Shown here: positions 1 through 9,647 of the stretch, piece by piece
Layout of the letters: every line of letters begins with the position of its first letter
Position numbering within the stretch: the first letter of the stretch is position 1
Assembly (NCBI GenBank): GCA_041665785.1
Contig: JBAYIE010000020.1
Coordinates: forward strand, 14,789 to 78,788
Length of the DNA: 64,000 nt
Direction: 5' to 3'
DNA from: Bacteroidia bacterium
GTDB taxonomy: Bacteria; Bacteroidota; Bacteroidia; UKL13-3
Notes under the pieces: model-generated
The model's database searches: none
What the model was told of the DNA's origin: nothing
Seen by the model: the letters and a program-made list of their open reading frames with translations, nothing else
Program-made: the position numbers and the translations under genes

Positions 1-109
1 CAAGTAATCCATAAATGCTACCCCGTGGAACCAGCAGCGACACTTCTTTCAATGCCGTATGTGCAGCATAATGCTTACTTACATTTCTAACTTCCAGGAT
101 CGGATTCAT
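1..109 (-). CDS. ABC transporter ATP-binding protein, N-terminal fragment (gene runs off the window start)
   Basis: Not in the ORF track because it is open at the window edge. Manual minus-strand translation from the ATG at 109..107 gives MNPILEVRNVSKHYAAHTALKEVSLLVPRGSIYGLL. This is the usual ABC ATPase N-terminus leading into the Walker A loop. Confidence 0.55.
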   Translation of the reverse strand, partial: MNPILEVRNVSKHYAAHTALKEVSLLVPRGSIYGLL

Positions 110-132
110 ACAGGCAGGATGCGCATTAAAAC

Positions 133-1203
133 TTAATGTGAACCTACCACTCTGAGGTGCGAGATATGTGCCCCTATTGCACTGATGAGTGTTGGATATT
201 CAATATAGGTGATATTGTACTTCTGACAAACCTCCTTGACCAACTTATTAATTTCGGGGTAATGAATATGGCTGATGCGTGGAAACAAATGATGTTCAAC
301 CTGAAAATTCAAACCGCCTACAAACCAGGAAATGATTTTGCTGCGGGTAGAAAAGTTAGCAGTTGTTGCCAGTTGATGCACAAACCAGTTCTCTTCAATC
401 TTTTGCGTTTCAGGATTGGGCATTGGAAACTCTGTATCCTCTACCACGTGTGCCAGCTGGAAAACAATACTCAGGGTAAGTCCACAAACGCCGGCTGCTA
501 TCAGGTAACCTACAATAGCATTTACCCATCCCAGCAATATTCCGGGAATCACAATTATAATAAGAATGTAAACAATTTTAGAAACCCAGAATACCCAATG
601 TTCACGCATACTCATTTTACTAAACTTTCTGTTGGCTACTTTTCCGCTGAAATACTTTTGAAAATCGTTGTAAGTAATCCATAACAAATACGTAATGGTA
701 TACAGTACAAAACTGTAAATATGCTGATACCGATGAAACCAATAGCGTTTCTGATTTGCATTGGTCCGAATAAACGGCCGGATATCAATATCATCGTCGT
801 GTCCTTCTATATTGGTATAGGCGTGATGCATCACATTGTGTTTAATCTTCCAGAAATAAACACTGCCACCCATCAGATTTAAAGAATAACTCATGGCTTC
901 ATTCACCCATTTTTTACTTGAGTAGCTGCCATGCGCTCCATCGTGCATAACATTGAATCCGATAGACGCAAAATTCAACCCGAGTATGGCACATAAGAGA
1001 ATATTAACCCAAACCGGTGCAATATTCCACAAAAGGAATAAATAGATGAGTACTGCAATTCCACAAAGAACAAGGGTTTTATGATACAGGTACCATGATC
1101 CTGTAGTTCTTTTTCCCTGACCTGAAAAATACTCTTCTACCCGTTTTTTGAGTTCGAGTGTAAAGGCGTTGTTGTTGTTGCTGAAAGAGATATGTCTACC
1201 CAT
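133..1203 (-). CDS. membrane fatty acid desaturase
   Basis: 356-aa ORF with the three desaturase histidine boxes (HDGAHG, HNVMHH, QVEHHLFP) and several hydrophobic helices. Confidence 0.9.
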   Translation of the reverse strand: MGRHISFSNNNNAFTLELKKRVEEYFSGQGKRTTGSWYLYHKTLVLCGIAVLIYLFLLWNIAPVWVNILLCAILGLNFASIGFNVMHDGAHGSYSSKKWVNEAMSYSLNLMGGSVYFWKIKHNVMHHAYTNIEGHDDDIDIRPFIRTNANQKRYWFHRYQHIYSFVLYTITYLLWITYNDFQKYFSGKVANRKFSKMSMREHWVFWVSKIVYILIIIVIPGILLGWVNAIVGYLIAAGVCGLTLSIVFQLAHVVEDTEFPMPNPETQKIEENWFVHQLATTANFSTRSKIISWFVGGLNFQVEHHLFPRISHIHYPEINKLVKEVCQKYNITYIEYPTLISAIGAHISHLRVVGSH

Positions 1204-1219
1204 GTTTTATTGAAAGACA

Positions 1220-1227
1220 CAAAGGTA
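1220..1227 (-). promoter_or_regulatory. Bacteroidota sigma-A -7 box (TACCTTTG on the minus strand)
   Basis: Matches the TAnnTTTG consensus, 16 nt upstream of the desaturase ATG. Confidence 0.35.
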
Positions 1228-1574
1228 CGCAGGAATTCCTGAATATTGCATAAAAGTTACTTGCACCATTTGGTAATTAACCTGATTACCATACCGTTGT
1301 AGTATGTCAGATTTTTTAAAGCTTTACTCCCTCTGACGAATGTTTTTCTCTTTTAAAACAGATACCGATGGGTTTGGGTATTGAGATGCTTATTGCTGTA
1401 TTTAACAGAGACACAGAATTTACCAAAGCCATTGCATCATGAAATTATTGAGCTTCAAGACGATAGGTTTGAAATTTTTAAAGATCTCTTAATCTGCTAG
1501 TTACATTGTGCAAAAAGTGAGTATAACTGCTCATGTGCCGGTTCTATCTTGCCATAAGATAAAACGAAAAAAGT

Positions 1575-4226
1575 ATGCTTACCAGACTGATTGTATTGAA
1601 CTCAAAAGTGTATGGCAAAGCCGAAATCCGGTTAAACGATTGCGACTCGCTGCAATTGGTAGGCCCGAACAATATCGGTAAAAGTACGCTCATTTATGCC
1701 CTCAATTTCCTCTTTATTATTGATGGAAATAAAATGACGTTCAGCGGCCAACGTAAAGGTGACAAAGAAACCATTCACCATTACTTTCCAAACCATAACC
1801 AGAGTTATATTGTATTTGAAATTTTCAAAAAATCATATTACTCCATCATTGTAAAACGCGATTCGGAAGGTAACCTGGAATACTACCGGTTTGAAAGCGA
1901 GTACAAAGAAGAGTTTTTCATTGATCCGGATAAAAAGCTGCTCAAGTTTGATGAGGTGCAGGCACGCATTGCCTCTGCCGGACTGGAGTTAACACCGTTT
2001 AAAGACAAGCGCGAAGTTTTCAATACCGTATACCAGCGCGGAAAGCGCAACAACGGTGTGGTTTGGCTGGAAGATACGGTGAAAAGCGACGGGTTAAGCA
2101 ATAATTTCTCGCGCATTTACCGTTACCTGATCAATACCAAACTGATCAACAACAAAAACCTGAAAGAGGCTTTGATTGTAGCCGATAACCGCGAAAATGA
2201 AACCCTGAATTTCTCGCAGAAAAACAAAAAAGATATTCAGGATCTGATGAAGGTAAACAGCGAGATCCGCAATATCCGGTCGGTTAAAAACGAATTCGAC
2301 GAGTTTCGTGAAGCGGTGAGTCAATATGGTGCCAAGGCGCGGATCATCAGTCAATTGTTCGACGGATTTACACGGAGTTATGCTGAATCTCTTCCTTCCT
2401 TGCAAACTCAACTGATTGAGCGCGATAAAAATATAGGCAAGTTAAAAACGGAAGTCAACGAGGAGTTGATTCCGGAAAAAGCAGAACTCGACCGGAAAAT
2501 TGGTGGTAAGGATGCCGAAATTCAAGCCAAAGCGCATGTTCTGAACGAAAAAGAAATTGAAATCAAAACCATCAATTCGTTTGAGCCGGAGAATATCTTA
2601 AAAGAACAATTGGCCAATCACGATCTGAAGCGTAAAGAAATTGAATCGCGCATTACGATGGTAGAAATGCAAAAATTGAGTACCCCTCAGATTGAGCATC
2701 GTCTGGCTACCCTGAAAGAACAGATTACGCGCTACGAAGGTCAGTTAAAGAATTACAACGACCTGCTCATCAATAAAATTTCAGGTACCATCGAAAACCG
2801 AAAACTGTTAAACTCCATCCTGAGCGAACAGGTATTGAGTTTACCCAGTGATCAGGTACTGAAGAAAATCAAGAAGATCAGCGAATCGCTGAATATTTTT
2901 GACGGAGAAATCGACATTTCAAAAAATCTGGAGATCCGCGATTTTAAATCGGTAGAAGAAATCAAGGAAGAATTAAACGGCACCAAACAGGAACGCGCCA
3001 ACCTAGAAGGTTTATTGAAGGTGGTAAGCGCATTTGAGGCAGCCCAGACTGAATTGGCCGGTATCAACAACCAGATCGAAACCATCCGCATGAAACTGGT
3101 TAAGATTAAATCGAAACCTGCTTTAACCAAAGCGCTCGATAAATTGAAAGCTGAAATAAATGAACTGAGCGCAAGCAAAGAAAAATATGAACACGAGCAG
3201 CGCATCATCAGCAAGAAAATAGCGCAGAAATCGAATGAATTGCAGGAAATCGTAGAGGATAAAAAGAAACGCGAAGACCGCATCAAACAAATCATGGATT
3301 TTAAACGTGAGCTGGATGAGCTGGGAATTGCACCCGAAGCATACGAAACCAGTGAAAGTCTTGATCAGTTGTACAACAAGATCATACTGAATCAGCGCGA
3401 TCGCGATTTGCTCAAAGTCAACAAAGACAAGCTGTTTGATAAACTGCGCGATAAGCTGCAAAGCACCTATGCCGATGAACAGGAGTTTATCGATTATGTA
3501 GAAGAAGAAGTGGCTCTGGTAGAAGAAAAAGAACGCAGCATCATGGCCTTGCTCGAGAGTATCTCTACCCAATTTGCAAATCCGGCATACGCCTTATTAA
3601 AACGTTACGAAGAGTTCAAGGAATTTGTTTACAATAAATTCAACCAGAAACTGGCACAGACACGCATTTCCGATATTGAATCGCTGACCATTGAGTTGAT
3701 GGACAACAAGCGTCTGGTGGAAGAAGTACGTAAGATCAGCCAGATTCAGACCATCAAAGGACAATTGATGTTTGAGTTTGATACTTCGGAAAATCTGAAG
3801 ATTCTGAATAACTATCTCGACTCGGGTAAGAAAATAGATTTCGACGATTTGTTTGATATCACCCTTCACCTGAGCAAAAAAGGAACCACCAAGCCTGTGG
3901 ATCTCAGCGAGCAAATCGAATCGGATGGTACCGATAAAATGATTCGTCTGGTTATTATTATGAGTATCATCAATCGTCTGGCCATCAACGATGATGAAAA
4001 CCGCATTGCACTCTTTATTGATGAGGTGGCTACGATCGACAAACAGAACCGGCCTGAATTGGTGCGCTTCTGCCGCGAACATCATTTCATTCCGATCTTT
4101 GCAGCTCCGGATGCCGTTCCGGGATTTGGAAAATACTATTTCATTTATCCGAGTCCGGGCAAAATCAATATCAACGAAAAGCTCAATGCGATTTACGGTG
4201 AGAAGAACGAAACAGCCAACGCTTAA
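1575..4226 (+). CDS. SMC/MukB-like ATPase with a long coiled coil (head, coiled coil, head)
   Basis: 883 aa. Walker A GPNNIGKST (nt 1662-1688). About 600 aa of E/K/L-rich helical sequence. Signature-like ESDGTDKM, then Walker B ALFIDE (nt 4008-4025). First gene of a tightly packed three-gene set. Confidence 0.75.
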   Translation: MLTRLIVLNSKVYGKAEIRLNDCDSLQLVGPNNIGKSTLIYALNFLFIIDGNKMTFSGQRKGDKETIHHYFPNHNQSYIVFEIFKKSYYSIIVKRDSEGNLEYYRFESEYKEEFFIDPDKKLLKFDEVQARIASAGLELTPFKDKREVFNTVYQRGKRNNGVVWLEDTVKSDGLSNNFSRIYRYLINTKLINNKNLKEALIVADNRENETLNFSQKNKKDIQDLMKVNSEIRNIRSVKNEFDEFREAVSQYGAKARIISQLFDGFTRSYAESLPSLQTQLIERDKNIGKLKTEVNEELIPEKAELDRKIGGKDAEIQAKAHVLNEKEIEIKTINSFEPENILKEQLANHDLKRKEIESRITMVEMQKLSTPQIEHRLATLKEQITRYEGQLKNYNDLLINKISGTIENRKLLNSILSEQVLSLPSDQVLKKIKKISESLNIFDGEIDISKNLEIRDFKSVEEIKEELNGTKQERANLEGLLKVVSAFEAAQTELAGINNQIETIRMKLVKIKSKPALTKALDKLKAEINELSASKEKYEHEQRIISKKIAQKSNELQEIVEDKKKREDRIKQIMDFKRELDELGIAPEAYETSESLDQLYNKIILNQRDRDLLKVNKDKLFDKLRDKLQSTYADEQEFIDYVEEEVALVEEKERSIMALLESISTQFANPAYALLKRYEEFKEFVYNKFNQKLAQTRISDIESLTIELMDNKRLVEEVRKISQIQTIKGQLMFEFDTSENLKILNNYLDSGKKIDFDDLFDITLHLSKKGTTKPVDLSEQIESDGTDKMIRLVIIMSIINRLAINDDENRIALFIDEVATIDKQNRPELVRFCREHHFIPIFAAPDAVPGFGKYYFIYPSPGKININEKLNAIYGEKNETANA

Positions 4227-4236
4227 ACCCTGACCC

Positions 4237-5439
4237 ATGAGAGCAGAACCAAAAAGTATATTGTTCTTCCTGTATAATTACTACGACATTATCAAGTCGT
4301 TGTTCGATATGCAGTCGCGGGAAGGGTTTGTGAAAAAGGAGAAAATGCAGGCCGCCTTCAAGGATTTTGATTCGAATATTCTGCAACAATTGCTCGAATA
4401 TAAAATCGTAAAGAAACTCGGCGACGATTTCGAAATCCGTGGTGTGTATTTCAATTTTCTCGAATTCATCATGAGTGAATTCAGGCCTTTGTTGCCCGAA
4501 ACCATTGAGAAATATGAGCACTCCATCTCTACCCTCTTCCGTAAGATAAAAGAAGGCATAGGTAAAGACCGGTTGATTCTGGGACAACGCATCAGCGACC
4601 TGTACAACGAAATCAAGGAATTTGCGGAAGCGGTTGAAAAAAATACCATTCGCTTACTAGCCGAAACACGCGAGTTGAAATCGAATGTAGATAAGATTGA
4701 TTACCGCGAAAAGGTGCGAAAAGCATCGTTTTGGATCGACTATTATATTACACCGCTCAATACCATTCTGGACATTAACCAGGAACGTTCAATCACCAAT
4801 AAGCTGTTCGATATTTCCAATTTTGTCAATATCCGTCGCCTCAATTTTGATGATGAACCTACCCGTCAGCAATTTGAAAAACTCTATGTGTTTCTGGTGC
4901 AATCCAACGACGAATTGTTGAAACAATCGAAAGTACTGACCAACGAATTGCTTCCACTGATCGATCGGATACGCACAGAATCGCTGATCCTGACCGGTTT
5001 TATCGAATTCCTGAAAACTCCGTACAAATCTCCATTACCAAAGGTGTTCAAGTTGTACCGCAATTATCCTTACAGCAACGATATGTATTTCAATGCCATG
5101 GAATATGTAGAACAATTTGCCAACGAAGAAACCATCATCATCGACGATACGCTGAATGAAGCAGAAATGTGGGTATTCAACAAAGAAAAATACCGTCACG
5201 AAATGATGGCTGCCCTTCCCATTCCGAATTATTTTGAATGGGCAGGCAAGCGACTCAAAGCAGAATACAAAAACCTGGAGACCGACAAGTTTTTTGCACT
5301 CAGCAGTTTGTTGTTTGAAGATGGCATTGATCTGGAAGTGGATCCCAAATCAGACCGGCAGGTAATCAAAACCTCTCAAATGAATTTACGCGTACCAAAA
5401 ATTAAAATAACTAAAGATGGACTTTCCAAGATATCATAA
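4237..5439 (+). CDS. hypothetical helical protein; possible kleisin-like (MukF/MksF/JetA-position) partner of the SMC-like ATPase
   Basis: 400-aa ORF starting 11 nt after the SMC-like stop. It overlaps the next gene by 23 nt. Function is inferred only from operon context and the helical, wHTH-like N-terminal composition. Confidence 0.6.
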   Translation: MRAEPKSILFFLYNYYDIIKSLFDMQSREGFVKKEKMQAAFKDFDSNILQQLLEYKIVKKLGDDFEIRGVYFNFLEFIMSEFRPLLPETIEKYEHSISTLFRKIKEGIGKDRLILGQRISDLYNEIKEFAEAVEKNTIRLLAETRELKSNVDKIDYREKVRKASFWIDYYITPLNTILDINQERSITNKLFDISNFVNIRRLNFDDEPTRQQFEKLYVFLVQSNDELLKQSKVLTNELLPLIDRIRTESLILTGFIEFLKTPYKSPLPKVFKLYRNYPYSNDMYFNAMEYVEQFANEETIIIDDTLNEAEMWVFNKEKYRHEMMAALPIPNYFEWAGKRLKAEYKNLETDKFFALSSLLFEDGIDLEVDPKSDRQVIKTSQMNLRVPKIKITKDGLSKIS

Positions 5440-5995
5440 AGACATTGTAGGTGATTTGCTGGATGGCAAATTCATTCTGGCCAGCGATGGCAAATTTGTT
5501 GAAATTAAAAACAACGAAGATTTTTATACCAAATTCTTCAAGGAAAGTTTTGGATTTGAGTTGGAAGTACGCAGCGATTATGCGTTTATCCTTTCCAACG
5601 AAACCAACGAACAACTCAGTCGCGACATATGCATTTTCTTTGGAATCCTGTGTTATGAGCTCGACAAAGACAGCAAGAATTTCATGGAAGAAATTCAATA
5701 TGCCGAATTTGAGCTGGAAAAAATTGATGAATACTTCGATAATTCAGCTTATGCGGAGTTGATTCAAAACAACAAACAATTGCGCGACAGCGAATCACGA
5801 AAACAGTTTATCGGTACACTCAACAGGCGTAATATTATTGACCGCATTTCGGATACCAAATTTTCATTTACGCAGGCATATAAAGTGTTTGTAGATTTTG
5901 CGATGGATTTTGCGCGCGGCCGGTTGAGTCAGCAGGCAGCCCATGCCCAGCAGGAAGCCGAGCATAACAATCCGTTTGTGGAAGAGGGAATGTAA
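5417..5995 (+). CDS. hypothetical small acidic protein; possible MukE/MksE/JetB-like (KITE) subunit
   Basis: 192 aa, ATG at 5417 overlapping the upstream stop (5437-5439). The segment KFFKESFGFELEVRSDYAFILSNE and the acidic C-terminus resemble MukE/JetB-type proteins from memory. Not verified by HMM. Confidence 0.55.
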   Translation: MDFPRYHKDIVGDLLDGKFILASDGKFVEIKNNEDFYTKFFKESFGFELEVRSDYAFILSNETNEQLSRDICIFFGILCYELDKDSKNFMEEIQYAEFELEKIDEYFDNSAYAELIQNNKQLRDSESRKQFIGTLNRRNIIDRISDTKFSFTQAYKVFVDFAMDFARGRLSQQAAHAQQEAEHNNPFVEEGM

Positions 5996-6100
5996 ACTTT
6001 AGGCTCTCGGATACTACGGTTCATCGTCCTGATTTTAACTTTCGTCCATTCAATTCTTCATTTCATCTCAGGCTTTTGTGGGGTGATATGAATTGTACTT

Positions 6101-6108
6101 TACTTTTG
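6101..6108 (+). promoter_or_regulatory. Bacteroidota -7 box TACTTTTG
   Basis: Matches TAnnTTTG, 21 nt upstream of the ATG at 6129. It lies inside the longer ORF-track start at 6093, which argues for the 6129 start. Confidence 0.4.
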
Positions 6109-6128
6109 CCGGCGTTAAATCGAAATTG

Positions 6129-8549
6129 ATGAATACCACATTAAGTAACAGCAAACAACTTGTAAAATTTACGGCAAAATTCATTGCGACTTGCATCAGG
6201 GCGCTGATTTTCTTTATAGCTTTTCCGGTATTTGCACAAGATGGAACACAAACCATTCGTGGAACCGTATTGGACCGTGATAGCCGGCAGCCCTTAATCG
6301 GTGCATCTGTAACCGTATTGAACGGTAAGATAGATGGTGGTACGCTAACTGATGAGCATGGCAATTTTAAGCTTACAGGCATTTCGCTGGGTCGCAAAAC
6401 CATAAAGGTTACCTATATCGGATATGAAGCCGTAACACAGCCGGATATTATAGTTACCGCAGCCAAAGAAATTGTTTTGAATCTGACTATGGTGGAATCG
6501 GTGACAAAAATGGATGAAGTAACAATTCGATATGATCGACGCAAAGATCCAACGGTCACCAACAATGAAATGACGGTTATTAGTTCACGTTCATTCAACC
6601 CGGACGACACCAAAAAATTCGCTGGTTCGATGGGAGATCCAAGCCGGATGGCTGCGAATTTTGCCGGGGTTGTTGCCGGCAACGACAGCCGCAACGATAT
6701 CGTAGTAAGGGGCAACTCCCCCAACTCCATGTTATGGCAATTGGAGGGTGTAAACATTCCGAACCCGAATCATTTTGGCAGCAGCTTTAATACAGGTGGT
6801 CCGGTAAGTATGCTCAATGCCAACAATATTGGCAAGAGCGACTTTTTTACCAGTGCATTCCCGGCGCAGTATGGCAACGCCAATGGGGGTGTTTTTGACC
6901 TTGTGATGCGAGAAGGCAACAATGAGAAACGGGAATATATCGGTCAAATCGGATTCAATGGATTTGAACTGGGTGCTGAAGGTCCTTTCAGTGCGAAGTC
7001 AAAAGCTTCTTTTATGTTCAATTACCGTTATTCAACCATCGGGTTGATGAATAAAGTCGGGATCAATGTAGGTACCGGTGCAGCCGTTCCTTTGTATCAG
7101 GATTTGAACTTTAAAGTAGTTCTTCCGGTAGGCAAAAAGGGTAAGATTGCTCTGTGGGGAATGGGTGGCATGAGTTCTATTGATTTATTGGCAAGAGACG
7201 TTGATACGACAGATATTAATTTTTATGGTTCCAAGAACATGAACTCACGACCGCGTTACCGAACAGCGGTTGGTGGTATCAGTTACGAAAGAAACTTGTC
7301 GAAACAGACCTGGGCTCGTGCTTCAGTGGCCATGAGTGAAGTGTATAGCGAATACAAAACAGATAGCATTGCTACTTTACTGCCGGTTGAAGTTGCCTAT
7401 CCGAAAGCCTTTGGCCAGTTCGCCGACCGCAAGCTTTCTGCTGTATTGAACCTGACCCATAAAATCAATGCGAAAAATGTTATACATGCCGGTTTTTCGC
7501 ACGATTTAACCCTGATTGATTACTTCAACAAAAGTGTATACAATATGGGGACCGTTGATTCTGTGGTGGTCGACCGCGAAGAACAAATCAACCTGACACA
7601 AACTTATTTACAGTGGAAACACAGGGTGAATGCGCTGCTTACCATCAATCTGGGGATCCATATGCAATACCTGGATCAAAACAAACAATTTGTAGCAGAA
7701 CCCCGACTGGGCGTTCGTTATGCCTTAAATCATCATTCCAACTTAAACCTTGGTTATGGTTTGCATCATCAGAGCCTACCGGTTTACAATTATTTCGTTC
7801 GCAATGATCAGGGAGCGGAAACAAACCGGGAATTAAAATTCATTCGCTCCAATCACCTGGTATTGGGTTATGAAAATATGCTCACACAGCATTTCAACTT
7901 TAAAATAGAAGGATATTATCAATACCTTGATCAGGTACCGGTAGAAATACAAGCAAGCTCATACTCCACCTTGAATGTAGGCGCCTCTTTTGACCCGAGC
8001 AATGCGGCCGATTTAGTAAGTACGGGAACGGGTTATAATTTAGGAACGGAAATCACACTTGAACGTTTTTATCACAAAGGTTTCTATTTGCTGATAACCG
8101 GATCGGTGTTTGAAAGTAAATACAAAGGCAGTGATGGCATCTGGAGAAATACTGCATTCAATACCAATTATGCGGCGAATGTGTTGGGTGGTAAAGAGTT
8201 CAAGCCCGGAAATAAAAGCAGCGTGTACTTTATAAATATCAAAACAACTACGGTTGGTGGCAGATACATTACTCCCATAGATCCTGTTGCTTCACAATTG
8301 AATCAACGTGCGGTATATGATTACAGCCGATCATACAGCAGCAAGCAGGCTCCCTATTTTCGCATTGACTTGAAGGTTGGTTACCGCAAAGACTATAAGA
8401 GAAGTTCTATGGAATTTGCCATTGATTTTCAAAACATCACCAACCACAAAAATATTTTTAGTCAGGGTTACGACAAATACCGTAATGCCATTGTATCCAA
8501 TTACCAGCAAGGATTTTTCCCGGTACCCATGTTTCGTTTCACATTCTGA
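6129..8549 (+). CDS. TonB-dependent receptor with a CarboxypepD_reg-like N-terminal domain
   Basis: Signal peptide (…FIAFPVFAQDG). CarboxypepD_reg-like IRGTVLDRDSRQPLIGASVTVLNG…TDEHGNFKL. Plug and beta-barrel length are right. C-terminal aromatic FRFTF. Confidence 0.85.
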   Translation: MNTTLSNSKQLVKFTAKFIATCIRALIFFIAFPVFAQDGTQTIRGTVLDRDSRQPLIGASVTVLNGKIDGGTLTDEHGNFKLTGISLGRKTIKVTYIGYEAVTQPDIIVTAAKEIVLNLTMVESVTKMDEVTIRYDRRKDPTVTNNEMTVISSRSFNPDDTKKFAGSMGDPSRMAANFAGVVAGNDSRNDIVVRGNSPNSMLWQLEGVNIPNPNHFGSSFNTGGPVSMLNANNIGKSDFFTSAFPAQYGNANGGVFDLVMREGNNEKREYIGQIGFNGFELGAEGPFSAKSKASFMFNYRYSTIGLMNKVGINVGTGAAVPLYQDLNFKVVLPVGKKGKIALWGMGGMSSIDLLARDVDTTDINFYGSKNMNSRPRYRTAVGGISYERNLSKQTWARASVAMSEVYSEYKTDSIATLLPVEVAYPKAFGQFADRKLSAVLNLTHKINAKNVIHAGFSHDLTLIDYFNKSVYNMGTVDSVVVDREEQINLTQTYLQWKHRVNALLTINLGIHMQYLDQNKQFVAEPRLGVRYALNHHSNLNLGYGLHHQSLPVYNYFVRNDQGAETNRELKFIRSNHLVLGYENMLTQHFNFKIEGYYQYLDQVPVEIQASSYSTLNVGASFDPSNAADLVSTGTGYNLGTEITLERFYHKGFYLLITGSVFESKYKGSDGIWRNTAFNTNYAANVLGGKEFKPGNKSSVYFINIKTTTVGGRYITPIDPVASQLNQRAVYDYSRSYSSKQAPYFRIDLKVGYRKDYKRSSMEFAIDFQNITNHKNIFSQGYDKYRNAIVSNYQQGFFPVPMFRFTF

Positions 8550-8587
8550 GATTGGATGAAATTATATAATCCGATAAATTGCTTCAT

Positions 8588-9640
8588 ATGAGAGCCAGCA
8601 ACGGACGCTTTATTCCCGGCATTTTAAATCCACGTGATCTGCTTATCCGTCACCTGATCATTCTGGCAATGTCTGTGTTTTTTGGTACGTTGAGTACACT
8701 CAGCAAAGGTGCAGAGTGGTTTTCTGCAGAATGGGCCGTAAGCACCAGTTTTAATTTCATTTATATCGCTTCGATCTGGAATGGGGATATGCTTTTAATA
8801 CGTTTGCTATTGCACCGTTTAAGCTGGGAAAATCAGGCCAGGAAACTCATCATCGGTCTGGCATTAATTTCCATCATTTGGCCGGTTGTAACACATTACC
8901 TTTTTAACCTGATTATTTTCCCTGTTTTACATGGTCACCCTTGTTCCCTGCACTCTAAAGAAAACATAAATTCACTGATCATTTCGGTTACCATTACCTT
9001 ATTGGTAAATACCATTTTTGCAGCTATCACTTTCTTTTATTCCTGGAGACGCTCGATGAATGAAAAAGAAGTACTTAAACGGGAAGGATTAACTGCTGAA
9101 TTTGAAACCCTCAAAAGCCAGATAAACCCACATTTTCTTTTCAACTCGTTAAATACATTGACCAGCCTGATAGAAGAAAACAAGGCAACGGCAACAGAAT
9201 TTGTACAGCAACTGGCTGGTGTTTACAGGTATGTACTTACGCAAAAAGACAAAGATCTGGTTACCCTGCGTGAAGAGTTGAACTTTGTCAATGCCTATAT
9301 CTATCTGAATCAGATTCGATTTGGCGAAAATCTGAAAATAGAAATACAGGTGGATCCAAAGCTTCTGGAGAAAAAACTGGTTACCCTTTCCTTGCAAATG
9401 CTCATCGAAAATGCAATTAAACACAATATCATTTCGACACAGCGTCCACTTACCATTCGAATAGAGACCAACGAAAATCAGGTAGTTGTGAGCAATAACC
9501 TGCAACGTAAAACGGTGATGCACGAAAGCAATGGAATAGGATTAAACAATATTGCACATCGCTATAGTTTGCTTTCCAAACTGGAAGTTGATATTTCGGA
9601 CGATGGATTCCAATTCACGGTTGCATTACCTTTAATTTAG
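8588..9640 (+). CDS. sensor histidine kinase, LytS/YehU family
   Basis: Multi-pass membrane N-terminus, the His_kinase motif NPHFLFNSLNTL, and a C-terminal ATPase region. Sits directly upstream of a LytTR regulator. ATG at 8588 (the ORF-track TTG is at 8579). Confidence 0.85.
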   Translation: MRASNGRFIPGILNPRDLLIRHLIILAMSVFFGTLSTLSKGAEWFSAEWAVSTSFNFIYIASIWNGDMLLIRLLLHRLSWENQARKLIIGLALISIIWPVVTHYLFNLIIFPVLHGHPCSLHSKENINSLIISVTITLLVNTIFAAITFFYSWRRSMNEKEVLKREGLTAEFETLKSQINPHFLFNSLNTLTSLIEENKATATEFVQQLAGVYRYVLTQKDKDLVTLREELNFVNAYIYLNQIRFGENLKIEIQVDPKLLEKKLVTLSLQMLIENAIKHNIISTQRPLTIRIETNENQVVVSNNLQRKTVMHESNGIGLNNIAHRYSLLSKLEVDISDDGFQFTVALPLI

Positions 9641-9647
9641 CAGAAGT

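Noticed and set aside
2852-4649. Long antisense ORFs inside the SMC-like and following genes (2852..3295, 3123..3572, 3597..4238, 4183..4587, 4281..4649; minus strand).
   Set aside because: They lie wholly within or across much longer, motif-supported plus-strand genes. Their compositions are low-complexity and Phe/Leu/Ile-rich, as expected for the reverse complement of Lys/Glu-rich coiled-coil coding sequence.
1575-5995. Calling the three-gene set a canonical Wadjet (JetABCD) or MksBEF system.
   Set aside because: No JetD/MksG Toprim gene is adjacent. The gene order and the ATPase length differ from the described systems. The kleisin and KITE assignments rest on memory-based pattern matching. 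It is reported as a hypothesis rather than an annotation.
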